64,000 bases of DNA, from the IMG/VR virus record IMGVR_UViG_2902511754_000003, positions 1 to 64,000 of that record, one strand, 5' to 3'. The first letter of the stretch is position 1. Each line of letters opens with the position of its first letter. Position numbers and translations under genes: made by a program. The notes beneath the pieces are model-generated. The model did no database searches. It had not been told where the DNA came from and saw only the letters and a list, made by a program, of their open reading frames with translations. The DNA is from a virus (lineage: Duplodnaviria; Caudoviricetes). Shown piece by piece: positions 9,908-19,592 of the stretch.

Positions 9908-10434
9908 GGGAACGGATGAATATAGATCGTAAATTACAAAATTGTGTATTACAATTTTTGAAAATGTCCTATGATAATTTTTTGGAAGATCGTTTTATTT
10001 ATGCAGCTTGCATTGATGGTATTGGTATTCCTGAATTTGAAGATTATGGAGCACAACTTGCGTTTTATTCATCCATCAAAATTGATAAAACCACAATAAA
10101 ACATTTGCGCGAAAATCTTACTTATCTGACTGCTCACGAATTATTAGAGAAAAAAGGCTCAAGTTATCGCATTACACACAAAGGCATTGATTTTATAGAA
10201 GATGACGGCGGATTATCCGCCATTCTAAATATATCAACGATAAAACTTCATCCTAGCACTTTAGATTTAATCACTGCGGCGATTGATGGTTCAAGCCTAA
10301 ACCCAAGCGATAAGCAGAAAATGATTGATCAGCTAAAATCGCTTCCTGCCGATGCCATAAAACAAATTCTGACGGAATTAGTGAATAAGGGAGTGGGTTA
10401 TCTACCGGCATTATTCGCATCACTTTGTACGTAG
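9898..10434 (+). CDS. Hypothetical winged-helix-like protein
   Basis: LTYLTAHELL...YRITHKGIDF wing motif. Confidence 0.6.
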   Translation: MWIGERMNIDRKLQNCVLQFLKMSYDNFLEDRFIYAACIDGIGIPEFEDYGAQLAFYSSIKIDKTTIKHLRENLTYLTAHELLEKKGSSYRITHKGIDFIEDDGGLSAILNISTIKLHPSTLDLITAAIDGSSLNPSDKQKMIDQLKSLPADAIKQILTELVNKGVGYLPALFASLCT

Positions 10435-10577
10435 TATAGAGTCCTTCTTTTCCGTGTTTTTCCAATACAGCCACTCCGATGTCCTTGCCTAAATTCAAGC
10501 AAAACCCTTCGGCTTGGCTGTTAATATTAAAAAATGTGCCGTTGGTATGAAATAAAACGCTTTTTATCATGCCCATT

Positions 10578-11756
10578 TCATTTTTCCTCTTTCTTTACTG
10601 CTACTTCTTCCGCCTCAACCTTCAACTCACACTCCACCTGCGAAGTATAACCATCTTTAGAAATACTATGCGAAACCTTAGTAATTAACCAATCCGTCCC
10701 ATCAATTTCTTGTTTAAACCCGTTCAACTGCACTGGTGTTTCCGGCATTAAATCCGGTATGCCGTAGGCGAGGGTGATGCTAAAACTTGCGACCCCACGT
10801 TTGAGCTTATCAAAAGCGGATTTTGCCGCATTGATTGCGGAGGCTTCTGTGGCGTAGGTGTGGCGTAGGGTTTTGATTTGATCGCTATTGCTTGTTACCG
10901 GCTCTTGTTGTTCAACGCTGTTGTATTTCCGCTTGCTCAATCGTCTGCCTTTCACCGTACCGTTTTTCAGCGTTCTGCCTTTTGTCATCCGCTGTTTTTT
11001 CACAATCTTGGTGTTGGCATCAACGATGAGCTCGCCCCGTTTGCCGGTGTCCGTATTGTGCCAATAGGCACGCACGGCTTTGTAATTATCGCTTTCGGCA
11101 ATGCTGAAATTGTAGCTGTCGCCTTCCGATTTAGTGATTTGAACCGCTGGAATGGGGTTGCCTGTGGCGGTTTTGGCTGCGCCCAATGGCATAAACAGCA
11201 ACACGCCATTTTTCACCGTTGCCATTGCGCCATATTCTTCTGCAAGGCGTGTCAGTAAATTAATGTCGCTTTCGTTGGTTTGGTCAATGTGCGAAATGGT
11301 TTGTTCGGTATATTCTTTGGCACATTGGCTTTCCAATTTATTTTCTTTGGCGATTTGGTCAATCAATGCACCCAATTTTATGCCGTGAAATGACCGCTCT
11401 TTTTGTTCTCTCAAACTGCCCTTTAAATCTGCCGCACGAGCGCGAATAGTGAGGCTATCCGGCGCACCGGAAAACTGCACTTCATCAACCAAATATTTTC
11501 CTTTATCAATCAACGGCTCACCTTGCCAGCCTATCGCCACTTGAATGGTAGCATTGCGAGGGGGAAGGGCGAGTTTGCCGTCGTGGTCGGAAAGCTGCAA
11601 ATCAAGCATATCCGCTTCAAAGCCCCGATTGTCCTCAATCTGCATACTCATTAAACGGTCAGCGACAGTTTGGGTGATGTCGTTCTTCTGTTTGTCCTGT
11701 GTGATCACCACTACAGAAAATTTAGGTGTGCGGTGATTGGTGGCAAACTCAAACAT
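10578..11756 (-). CDS. D: Late control/baseplate hub protein D
   Basis: IEDNRGFEADMLDL, HIDQTNESD motifs. Confidence 0.92.
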   Translation of the reverse strand: MFEFATNHRTPKFSVVVITQDKQKNDITQTVADRLMSMQIEDNRGFEADMLDLQLSDHDGKLALPPRNATIQVAIGWQGEPLIDKGKYLVDEVQFSGAPDSLTIRARAADLKGSLREQKERSFHGIKLGALIDQIAKENKLESQCAKEYTEQTISHIDQTNESDINLLTRLAEEYGAMATVKNGVLLFMPLGAAKTATGNPIPAVQITKSEGDSYNFSIAESDNYKAVRAYWHNTDTGKRGELIVDANTKIVKKQRMTKGRTLKNGTVKGRRLSKRKYNSVEQQEPVTSNSDQIKTLRHTYATEASAINAAKSAFDKLKRGVASFSITLAYGIPDLMPETPVQLNGFKQEIDGTDWLITKVSHSISKDGYTSQVECELKVEAEEVAVKKEEK

Positions 11757-12193
11757 TAAAATGCTCCCATTATATTTTGCGCAAGCTCAATCAATAGTGG
11801 ATCATCAGTACGTTTTAAATTAAGGGTAAAATCAATGGCGCGTGCCGTGCCATCTCCAAATAGTTCGGTTCGGGTTTCTTGGATTGATTCGATGACAAAG
11901 AACCCCATCACCATAAAATTTGCCCCTTCAATCAGCGGAAATGCCGCACCGCTTTCCGCCATTAATTCCAACATGGTAAGGCTTAATGTTCCACCCGTGA
12001 TTTCAGGAATGAGTCTGCCACTAATCGTGACGGTTTCAGAATCTTTGCCGGTAAACTGGGTTTTCGGCATTTGCCCCACAACGGAATTGGTGGGATGTCG
12101 CCACGATGATTGACGGTCAAAACTTTGAAAAGGCACGGTTTGACGGGTAAACACAAACACGCCAAGGGCAGCAAGGGCGGAGTTTTGAAGCAT
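11756..12193 (-). CDS. U: Tail protein U
   Basis: LGVFVF..QTVPFQ, TITISG-like, PLIEG; upstream of D. Confidence 0.9.
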   Translation of the reverse strand: MLQNSALAALGVFVFTRQTVPFQSFDRQSSWRHPTNSVVGQMPKTQFTGKDSETVTISGRLIPEITGGTLSLTMLELMAESGAAFPLIEGANFMVMGFFVIESIQETRTELFGDGTARAIDFTLNLKRTDDPLLIELAQNIMGAF

Positions 12194-12197
12194 GATA

Positions 12198-12398
12198 CTA
12201 TCCTTCGGATTGAGATTTATCAGAAGTCTTGATTGTCATACTAACAAGCAAAACATCAATGAAAACGAGCCAACCCCAACCCTCAATTCTATGATACATC
12301 AGGAACGCTGCAAAACCTGACACGGCAATAATGGAAAGAAAATAGAAAAGAAAAATAAATACAGATTTCATTGAGAACCTCATAAAAAGTGCGGTCAA
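12198..12398 (-). CDS. Small two-TM membrane protein
   Basis: Hydrophobic segments. Confidence 0.55.
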   Translation of the reverse strand: MTALFMRFSMKSVFIFLFYFLSIIAVSGFAAFLMYHRIEGWGWLVFIDVLLVSMTIKTSDKSQSEG

Positions 12399-12427
12399 AA
12401 AATCCCTTGATTTCTGACCGCTCTTGA

Positions 12428-12526
12428 TTAGTGAAAAAGAAAAGCAATGCTAAAGATAACAATCAGCCAAAAGCAGAGAAGTGCGGCCAACAAAATGCGC
12501 CAAATCACATAACGGGGTTTTGCCAT
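12428..12526 (-). CDS. 32-aa hydrophobic peptide (not in ORF track)
   Basis: MAKPRYVIWRILLAALLCFWLIVIFSIAFLFH. Confidence 0.5.
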   Translation of the reverse strand: MAKPRYVIWRILLAALLCFWLIVIFSIAFLFH

Positions 12527-12533
12527 TAAATAA

Positions 12534-12725
12534 TCAATCACTTTCTGTCTCATTTCGTTCTCTCGCTTTTTCCCGCCATTGCATAAGCTCGCTAAATGTC
12601 ATCTCGTCAAAGGCTTGTGGTTGCCAGTGGAAAATCAGGGCAATATCTGCCATGGCATCTTCCACCGTGGCAGCGATTAAGATTACTCGGTCGGATCTTC
12701 CGTTTCCGAGTTCTTCCCTAAAAAA
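12534..12725 (-). CDS. E': E' extension reached by -1 frameshift (tail assembly chaperone E+E')
   Basis: T6 run (plus-strand A6 at 12720-12725); -1 frame open to ...MADIALIFHWQPQAFDEMTFSELMQWREKA. Confidence 0.85.
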   Translation of the reverse strand, partial: FFREELGNGRSDRVILIAATVEDAMADIALIFHWQPQAFDEMTFSELMQWREKARERNETESD

Positions 12726-12979
12726 CCGACAGCCGCCGCAGATAATTCGGTGAAATCTGCCACTTCCATAGTGTCAAAATCAGCTTTGTGTAAAACAGGT
12801 TGTGTTACGCGCGGCAATAATTTTTGCAATGAATCGACATCCATTTGCAACACATCAAACATTTTCAAGCCTTTTAGTGCCGGCACAGTGGGTTTAATCA
12901 CGGTGATGTCGGTGATTTTCTTGTCACCACGTATAATCGGCAAGCTAAGTGTAATAATTTTTGAGGTTTCGTTTTTCAT
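12683..12979 (-). CDS. E: Tail assembly chaperone E
   Basis: Follows FII; start taken at MKNETS. Confidence 0.88.
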   Translation of the reverse strand: MKNETSKIITLSLPIIRGDKKITDITVIKPTVPALKGLKMFDVLQMDVDSLQKLLPRVTQPVLHKADFDTMEVADFTELSAAAVGFLGKNSETEDPTE

Positions 12980-13074
12980 AACATAATTTCCGTTTTTAAA
13001 TTGGAAATTTCCAAAAATAATGTGGAAATTTCCAAGAGTGAATAAATGCCCCTTTCGGGGCAAGGTGTGTGAAA

Positions 13075-13581
13075 TTAAATGCCGATGGCTGCACGGTGTT
13101 CCGCTAAGCGGTCTTTACCGTCCACGATAAACACGGAATTGAGCAGATCAATTTCGATAATATCTTTGCCGTTTTCGATGATTTTGTAATAAGTCAAAGG
13201 CACAGTGTAGCTTTGTTCGGTGTCATCGCCCGATTTACTGGTGCCATTGTCGATTTCACCAAAACGACCACGCATAACAAGTTCAATACTGGTGACTTCT
13301 TCGGTGTCATCTTGTTGATATGCACCGGCAAAACGTAGCGGTGTGCCGTCAATCGCTCCGCCAAATTGTTTCAAAAGCTCGGTCATATAACCGCCCATTT
13401 TGAATTGTGCTTCAAGGGCTTCAACACCGAGATTGACTTTAACCGGTCCGAACATACCGCCGGCACGGTATTCTTCCAGTTTTAAAGCGAGTTTAGGTTG
13501 AGTGATTTCGGTGACTTGACCACGATAGGAATTGCCGTCAGCCAAGAAATTCATCAGTTTTAATTTACTGGGTAAAGCCAT
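13075..13581 (-). CDS. FII: Major tail tube protein FII
   Basis: MALPSKLKLMN, EEYRAGGM motifs. Confidence 0.95.
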   Translation of the reverse strand: MALPSKLKLMNFLADGNSYRGQVTEITQPKLALKLEEYRAGGMFGPVKVNLGVEALEAQFKMGGYMTELLKQFGGAIDGTPLRFAGAYQQDDTEEVTSIELVMRGRFGEIDNGTSKSGDDTEQSYTVPLTYYKIIENGKDIIEIDLLNSVFIVDGKDRLAEHRAAIGI

Positions 13582-13584
13582 TTG

Positions 13585-14769
13585 TTACGCTCCTACTTTT
13601 GCGATGTTGGCTGCAAATTCAACCAAATATTCATCGCTGATATATTGGTTAAAGCCAAGCTGTTCTAATGGTGGCACAGGGCAGTAATCATAAGAGACAA
13701 TCAATTTCGCATCTTTTAAGGTTGCTGCGGTGTTTAATTCAGGATTGATAAAGGCTTTGCCGCCAACCAAATAACCTTTCGCCACAAACTCACGCCATTT
13801 CGCATTGATTGCTTCCACAATCTCTTTTACAAGATTGACGGAAATATCTTTATCTACCGCCCAATCGAATGATTGCGCAATAGTGTCTTTCAGCACTTGT
13901 GCGGTGCGGGTGTAGTTTTCGTAGATGAACAATTTGTCGGCAGAACAGGTACGCAAGCCCCAGAATTTGTAGCCGTTGTAATTGATACAAGCGGTAATGC
14001 CTTGTTCATTGAGATAATTCACATCCGTTGCGGAATCATTAATATCAAAGGAAAGTGGCTTAGTAACACCTGTCACACCGTTTAAGCCTTTGTTTGAAAT
14101 GGAGGTATGCCAGCCAAATTCTTTGTCTTGATACGCACGCATCGCTGCAGCGCGGGTAACGGCATAGTCAATTTCTGTCTGTTTGGTATGCGGGTTGAAG
14201 GAAAGGAAGTCACCAAAAATCAACATCAATTCACGTTGCGAGAATTGGCGGCGATAAGTAACGGCTTGTTCTTTTGTGTTGCAACCGTAGCAAGAGGCAT
14301 AGACAAAACCGTTGAGTTTTTGCGCTACGCTAATTAATTCAGTGGTGACATCTTGCGAATCATATTTCGGTACACAGAAAATGCGGGGTTTAACACCACA
14401 AACGGCGGCAGATACTAAAAAGGCTTTCAAGCCGGTGTAATTGCCTTCATCATCCACACCGCCGATCACGTTGGCTTTCATTTGTGATTCATCGTCACTT
14501 TCTTCCACACGGATCACAATGACTTTACAATTGACAATATCTAAAATGCCGTCTAATGCACGGGAAAGTGTGCCGGTTTTGCCTGCTTTGGCAATCATTG
14601 ACGGTGTAATGCCGGTGAGTAAGGTCGGTTTATTGAGTGGGAAGGTGTCATTGTCTGCATCAGGTGCTGTCGCAACTAAGCCAATGACGGCAGTGGATGA
14701 TGTCGTCAAGGTGCGCAAGGCTTCGGAAATTTCCGTAACTTTGACACCGTGTAGATATTCTTCAGACAT
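13585..14769 (-). CDS. FI: Tail sheath protein FI
   Basis: YLHGVKVTE, WGLRTCS, YDYCPVPPLEQL. Confidence 0.95.
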   Translation of the reverse strand: MSEEYLHGVKVTEISEALRTLTTSSTAVIGLVATAPDADNDTFPLNKPTLLTGITPSMIAKAGKTGTLSRALDGILDIVNCKVIVIRVEESDDESQMKANVIGGVDDEGNYTGLKAFLVSAAVCGVKPRIFCVPKYDSQDVTTELISVAQKLNGFVYASCYGCNTKEQAVTYRRQFSQRELMLIFGDFLSFNPHTKQTEIDYAVTRAAAMRAYQDKEFGWHTSISNKGLNGVTGVTKPLSFDINDSATDVNYLNEQGITACINYNGYKFWGLRTCSADKLFIYENYTRTAQVLKDTIAQSFDWAVDKDISVNLVKEIVEAINAKWREFVAKGYLVGGKAFINPELNTAATLKDAKLIVSYDYCPVPPLEQLGFNQYISDEYLVEFAANIAKVGA

Positions 14770-14814
14770 AATTTAGCCCTATGGTTTCAGATTGAAATAT
14801 AAAAAAGCAAGGCT

Positions 14815-14873
14815 ATTTTGTCGGAAGCTGTGAGGGAGTGCGAGTGGGGGAAAGTGTGAGGGGATAATTAACA
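14815..14873 (-). promoter_or_regulatory. Late promoter PF (TGT-N13-ACA activator site)
   Basis: Minus strand TGT-N13-ACA-N10-CTCGCA-N18-CAAAAT, same spacing as upstream of V and O. Confidence 0.75.
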
Positions 14874-14903
14874 AAATGCGGTCAGTTTTGACCGCATTTT
14901 TTG
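14874..14903. terminator. Hairpin AAAATGCGGTCA/TGACCGCATTTT, probable bidirectional terminator
   Basis: Inverted repeat flanked by A/T runs after 14904-15176. Confidence 0.65.
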
Positions 14904-15176
14904 TTATGCAAAATCCTGCGGATATTGTTTGCGCAAAATCTCGCTTTCATAGGCTGTTTTACAGTGATTTTTGTCAAAGAACAGCCCATTAATCACACGA
15001 TATAACACACGCCAACGTTTTTTAGGCTTACTTTGCGTTAAAATAGTGCGACGATAAGTGCGGCTAGATAACGTTTCATCTGCACCGCCGCCTGTGACTG
15101 CATTGAAGAGTTGGTCAATCGCAATAATGACGTGATAACCCCAATTCTTCATTTTTTGTTTTATAGTTTTTGCCAT
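14904..15176 (-). CDS. Conserved phage protein downstream of tail fibre genes
   Basis: IAIDQLFNA..GG.ADETLSSR..R; HC..AYESE. Confidence 0.75.
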   Translation of the reverse strand: MAKTIKQKMKNWGYHVIIAIDQLFNAVTGGGADETLSSRTYRRTILTQSKPKKRWRVLYRVINGLFFDKNHCKTAYESEILRKQYPQDFA

Positions 15177-15745
15177 TGTTCAATCTCCTGTTCAATTTTG
15201 TCTAAGTCTTCCAATGTTTCAGCTTGCTCAATATGGGTTTCAAAATTTTGTTTAATCGCAAAAAGTTTACCCATGACGATAGCGAATAAATCTGCTTTTT
15301 CGATGACTTTCTTTTTCAGCTCTTCAATATTTTCTAAGTCGTCGCGACCTTCAAAAATTGCCGTTAAAATCATTTCTGGCAATTCATTTCGTGCCTCTCG
15401 CTCTTGGCGGTAAAAACTGTCAATCTCGGCTTGGGAATAGCCTTGCAGATACTGTGCTTTGAATTGGTCGGTTTTATCCGCAATGCGTTGTAAGAGGGCG
15501 GTTTTGCGTTGGGTGAAAAGTGCGGTTATTTTGGTTTTTGAAATAATCCACGTCTTACCGTTCCAGTCGTGTTCTTCCGAGGGGCGTTTTTCAACCAATC
15601 TAAATTTACTTTTAAAAAAAACCGCACTTTTTCTTGCTAATTCGCTTTCATCTTCAACTTCCGCCAAGAAATAATCTTCTAGATTTTCCGGTTCCGGAAA
15701 TATAACGAATTGTGAAATATCACTTTTTAAAAAATAAACTTTCAT
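15161..15745 (-). CDS. Putative tail fibre assembly protein
   Basis: Directly after fibre gene; GGAG RBS at MKVYFLK; P...HDWNGKTW motif. Confidence 0.7.
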   Translation of the reverse strand: MKVYFLKSDISQFVIFPEPENLEDYFLAEVEDESELARKSAVFFKSKFRLVEKRPSEEHDWNGKTWIISKTKITALFTQRKTALLQRIADKTDQFKAQYLQGYSQAEIDSFYRQEREARNELPEMILTAIFEGRDDLENIEELKKKVIEKADLFAIVMGKLFAIKQNFETHIEQAETLEDLDKIEQEIEQWQKL

Positions 15746-15747
15746 TT

Positions 15748-17808
15748 TTAAACTCCTACCACGACTTTTTTTATAACCGGTTTTCTTGCGCCACTTGGCG
15801 TTAGTGTAAGTGCTCGACCGGATTTTGTGAGTTTTACAGCCATTGAAAAATTGTAGTCTCCACTCGCACCCCCTGCATCTTGGTCGCCAATATGTGTGTT
15901 GTTGCAGTTGCCAATCGGTGCGGATAACCACATGTCGTTGATTGTTCCCGCTCCCGTTGATTTCGTTACACATACAAACAATGTGCCGGTATCAGCAGGC
16001 AAATTAACGGTTATTGCATTATTGCTTGAGCCTTGCCATAACAATTGTTCATTTGTTTTTATATCATCAAGTAATGCAACCGTGCCGCCTTTTTTCCTCA
16101 AAGAAACCGTATTAATATTTGTTCCGTTTGCTTCCCTATACACGATAGTTAGCATGCTCTCTGCGGAGTGGGGATTCCCTTCAAATCTGACATAGCGACC
16201 CGATAAATTTTTTAGGTTGAATCCAGCCCAATCCGAACCATCTAGAATCATCCCCGGTGCGACAAGTGTTTTATTTGAGTAAACAGAATTCGCAAGTAAT
16301 TCTAATGCGGTGTTGTCTGTGTAGTTGACTACAACAACATCATTACTCGTACTATTTCGTAGCCCGACAGCATATTTATTCACTCCGTTTCTTTGACCTT
16401 TAAGCAATGAATCAGTCGTATCAATGATTAAATTTCCTGTCATTGTGCCGCCTGTTCTCATGAGCGCACTATTTAATGATGCGCCGTATTTGGTCACGAC
16501 ATCCCCTTTAGTCCACAACCTTGACTCATCAAGAGAGGCATTAAATTCAGCGGCATTGGGTTTGCCACCTAAATGTAAACCACCATTATTATTGAAACCG
16601 ATAGCGCATATTTCATTGCCAATCACTGAATCGCCACTTAAGTGAATTTTCTTCGACCAGTTATTGCCACCTATTCGATAGACTTCTCCCGAACTGTTAA
16701 TTCCCAGCATTCCGCTCATCGTATCGCCCGATTTTGACACTTTGTCTAAGCCGTCGATACGTTTCCAGTCATTCCAACCTTGATTAGCATTTCTGCCTCG
16801 TGCGTAAATATGATTGACATCAAAGGGGGTATAAAGCTGTTGTGCGCCATAACCCGAGCTTCCCGTTACTATCAACATCCCCGCTTGTTGTATCGGATAA
16901 TGTCGATCCGATGTTGAGTTGGAATTTAAAGATTGCCCGTAAATACCGGAGGCTGTAAAACTGTTTAAATCCTCGTTTGATAACGCAAGTCCAAATGCAC
17001 GTCTATTTGCATTGTTGTTAGCATTATCAGCCGCATTTTTCGCTTCCACGGCTTTATCATAAGCCGTTTTAGCTGCTAAACTTGTCGCCACCGTATCAGA
17101 TGACGCACTATTAACCGCATTGGATTTTTTGCTGTTGGGAATGTAGTTATCCAACAAACGCCGCAATCCGTCATAAAGCCCTTTGAGTTTTTTAATCGCT
17201 TTTAATGTCGGGGCTTTGGTTTCATCATCGCTGTTGTCGTCATTTGAGAGCTGAACAATACCGGCTTTTTCCGTATTCGCACGATCAATTTCGTGAGTGT
17301 GACCACTTTCATCAAATCCGTTTTGTGTTTCTGCGGTGATAGTTTTAGGGTTTAGTTGTTGGCGTGTAACAAAAATCACGCTGTGATCAATGCTCAATGT
17401 GACTGCATCTGATGATGAAACTTTGAGAATCATGCGTAATACTTGAACTTTTCCGCTACCACTGCTTTCGGTCGGTTTAAAACTTTCTGGGCAGTTGGCA
17501 TAGGCAACCAGTTTGTTTTGATTATCAAATACGCCCATTTCGCGAATATAGAAACCGCCCACATTTTCAGGAATGGTCAGTTCGACAACCACTTGTTTAT
17601 TGTTGCGAGGATCGAGCGAAACTGCACTTACCGGCGCACGGTGTTTTTCACGTGCAAGTGCGGTGCGATTGGCTGTTGGGGTAACGACTTGTCCGTTCCC
17701 GTCACCCACGGCAAAGGTGGTGAGTTGTAACGGCTGTTTACTGCTTAATGCGTTGGCAAAAGCGGTTGTGCCGTAATCCGTCAAAATTGCAAAATATTGT
17801 GAAGCCAT
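15748..17808 (-). CDS. H: Tail fibre protein H
   Basis: P2 H-type N-terminus (FAVGDGNG, REMGVFD), GIVQLS repeat, knob-like domains. Confidence 0.92.
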   Translation of the reverse strand: MASQYFAILTDYGTTAFANALSSKQPLQLTTFAVGDGNGQVVTPTANRTALAREKHRAPVSAVSLDPRNNKQVVVELTIPENVGGFYIREMGVFDNQNKLVAYANCPESFKPTESSGSGKVQVLRMILKVSSSDAVTLSIDHSVIFVTRQQLNPKTITAETQNGFDESGHTHEIDRANTEKAGIVQLSNDDNSDDETKAPTLKAIKKLKGLYDGLRRLLDNYIPNSKKSNAVNSASSDTVATSLAAKTAYDKAVEAKNAADNANNNANRRAFGLALSNEDLNSFTASGIYGQSLNSNSTSDRHYPIQQAGMLIVTGSSGYGAQQLYTPFDVNHIYARGRNANQGWNDWKRIDGLDKVSKSGDTMSGMLGINSSGEVYRIGGNNWSKKIHLSGDSVIGNEICAIGFNNNGGLHLGGKPNAAEFNASLDESRLWTKGDVVTKYGASLNSALMRTGGTMTGNLIIDTTDSLLKGQRNGVNKYAVGLRNSTSNDVVVVNYTDNTALELLANSVYSNKTLVAPGMILDGSDWAGFNLKNLSGRYVRFEGNPHSAESMLTIVYREANGTNINTVSLRKKGGTVALLDDIKTNEQLLWQGSSNNAITVNLPADTGTLFVCVTKSTGAGTINDMWLSAPIGNCNNTHIGDQDAGGASGDYNFSMAVKLTKSGRALTLTPSGARKPVIKKVVVGV

Positions 17809-17810
17809 AA

Positions 17811-18353
17811 TTATCCTTGTGGGTAAATGGTGATAACTTCGCCCTCTTGTTGCCCGACAAATGTGTTAAGTGAGCCGGTAGGCGAGATAGCGATAGCAAG
17901 CTGTATTAAGTGGCGTGAGACAGGTTTTACATCATTGACCAGTCGCACTAATTCGTTATAAGTTTGTTCGTTTAATCCGCTTTCAGGGACTTCAACAGTA
18001 AGACTAAATGTACCGGGTCTGCCTTGTGGTTTGGCGTTAAACCACTCCGTTAATTCGATAAGATAACCGATAGGTTCAATCACCCGTTTAACGGCGGCAA
18101 TCGTGCCTTTGTGTTTATGTACAAAGTAGGATTGTTTGATCGCAATACGTTTTACTTCTTCTGTCCAATGTTCGTTCCATTTATCAACGGAAAACGCCCA
18201 TGCAAGATAGGGGAGCAGTTCAACAGGGCAGCGGTCAGGATTGATTAAATCCGCAATAATGATGGGATTTTCAACCGCACTTTTGAGAATTTTCGCCGCC
18301 CGTTTTTCAAGGGGTGTCGAACCGATAGGCAATAAATGATTAGTAATCATCAC
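17811..18353 (-). CDS. I: Baseplate/tail protein I
   Basis: CPVELLPYLAWAFSVD, HKHKGT. Confidence 0.93.
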   Translation of the reverse strand: MMITNHLLPIGSTPLEKRAAKILKSAVENPIIIADLINPDRCPVELLPYLAWAFSVDKWNEHWTEEVKRIAIKQSYFVHKHKGTIAAVKRVIEPIGYLIELTEWFNAKPQGRPGTFSLTVEVPESGLNEQTYNELVRLVNDVKPVSRHLIQLAIAISPTGSLNTFVGQQEGEVITIYPQG

Positions 18354-19254
18354 TGGTTACTACCTCAAGATGAATGTCGGTACAATAAGCGGATTTTGAG
18401 CTTGGTAGCACAATGTCGGCAGAGGGACTTAATAGTTCCACACGTTGCACCCCCTCTAAATGTAATGCGGCATAAATACCGGAAAGGCTAATATCACGAC
18501 CTAATCGGCGTTTTTCTTCGGTGTAAGCGGTGAGTTTTTTCAAGGCTTCCGCTTTGATAGGTTCATATTCAGGCCCACGGTATAAATGCAATTTTGCCCG
18601 AATATTGTAAGAGTGAATCACCGCACTTTGCACTGTCACCCGATCACCAATCGGGCGGATATTTTCATCATTGAGTTTTTTACGTACGGCATTTAATACT
18701 TGTTCGCTTGCCGTGCCTTGCCCGATTCGGCTTAAAATGGTGACAGTCACTTGTGCCGGTTCGGGTGAAATAACGGAAACATCGGCCACTTCCGGATGCG
18801 CCGATAAGGCGTGAAACACATAAGCGGAACGAGGCCCAGCGACAGAAAGCCCCTCAAAAGCTAGTTGAGTACGCAAACGTAGCGAGGTGTCATCTTCTAA
18901 AATAGCGAGTATTTTAGGTGTTACGCTGTTGTCTTCCGTTTGAATAATTTGTCGTTGTACATTGAAGTTAGCAGCAATGACATCAAGATCCGAACCGGTT
19001 GCATACGCTAACATAGTCGCTTGTGCCGCTTGGTTAATGCGGGAGCGTTCAAGCAATTGCAGATAAACGACTTCTTGTAAAAGTTTAGTGATAGGTTCGC
19101 TTTCAAGGTTTAATCGTGCGCGCCAAAAATCCTGTTCTTCTTGCGGGAAAAGGGCGATAAATTCCGCTTTTCGTTCAGTAAGCAAGGTTTCAAAATTTAA
19201 GTCTTCAAGCACTTTGGGTGCATTAAGTTTGGATAAATCGACAAGTTCGCTCAT
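18340..19254 (-). CDS. J: Baseplate J
   Basis: LESEPITKLL, SVAGPRSAY. Confidence 0.95.
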   Translation of the reverse strand: MSELVDLSKLNAPKVLEDLNFETLLTERKAEFIALFPQEEQDFWRARLNLESEPITKLLQEVVYLQLLERSRINQAAQATMLAYATGSDLDVIAANFNVQRQIIQTEDNSVTPKILAILEDDTSLRLRTQLAFEGLSVAGPRSAYVFHALSAHPEVADVSVISPEPAQVTVTILSRIGQGTASEQVLNAVRKKLNDENIRPIGDRVTVQSAVIHSYNIRAKLHLYRGPEYEPIKAEALKKLTAYTEEKRRLGRDISLSGIYAALHLEGVQRVELLSPSADIVLPSSKSAYCTDIHLEVVTSDDY

Positions 19255-19592
19255 TGTTTGCCACCGAGTAAGAGTTGTTCGTTGCGAATTTCTTGGTTAT
19301 TTTTGCGATAACGCACGACATAGCTTGCGGTAATGCCGCGTTCGGTTAGTTGCGGTTTAAATTGCGTAATCTGTACACGGGGTTCCCATCGGTTGATCGC
19401 CGTAACGGCGCAAGCGGCAAGCTGTAGTAATAAAACGGTGTTAATCGGTCGGTCAATCAACATCGGAATCAAGCTGCCATATTCCCGCCGCTGAATTCGT
19501 GAGCCAATGGGCGTGAGTAAAATATCGGCGATAGATTGTTTGATATGCGAACTTTCATCAGTTAAGCGTTCACCGGTGTATCTATTCATCAT
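19251..19592 (-). CDS. W: Baseplate wedge W (gp25-like)
   Basis: ILLTPIGSRIQRREYGS, WEPR. Confidence 0.93.
   Translation of the reverse strand: MMNRYTGERLTDESSHIKQSIADILLTPIGSRIQRREYGSLIPMLIDRPINTVLLLQLAACAVTAINRWEPRVQITQFKPQLTERGITASYVVRYRKNNQEIRNEQLLLGGKQ

Noticed and set aside
15748-17808. Tail fibre switching (shufflon or invertible segment)
   Set aside because: No inverted crossover sites, no alternative fibre C-terminus and no DNA invertase nearby.
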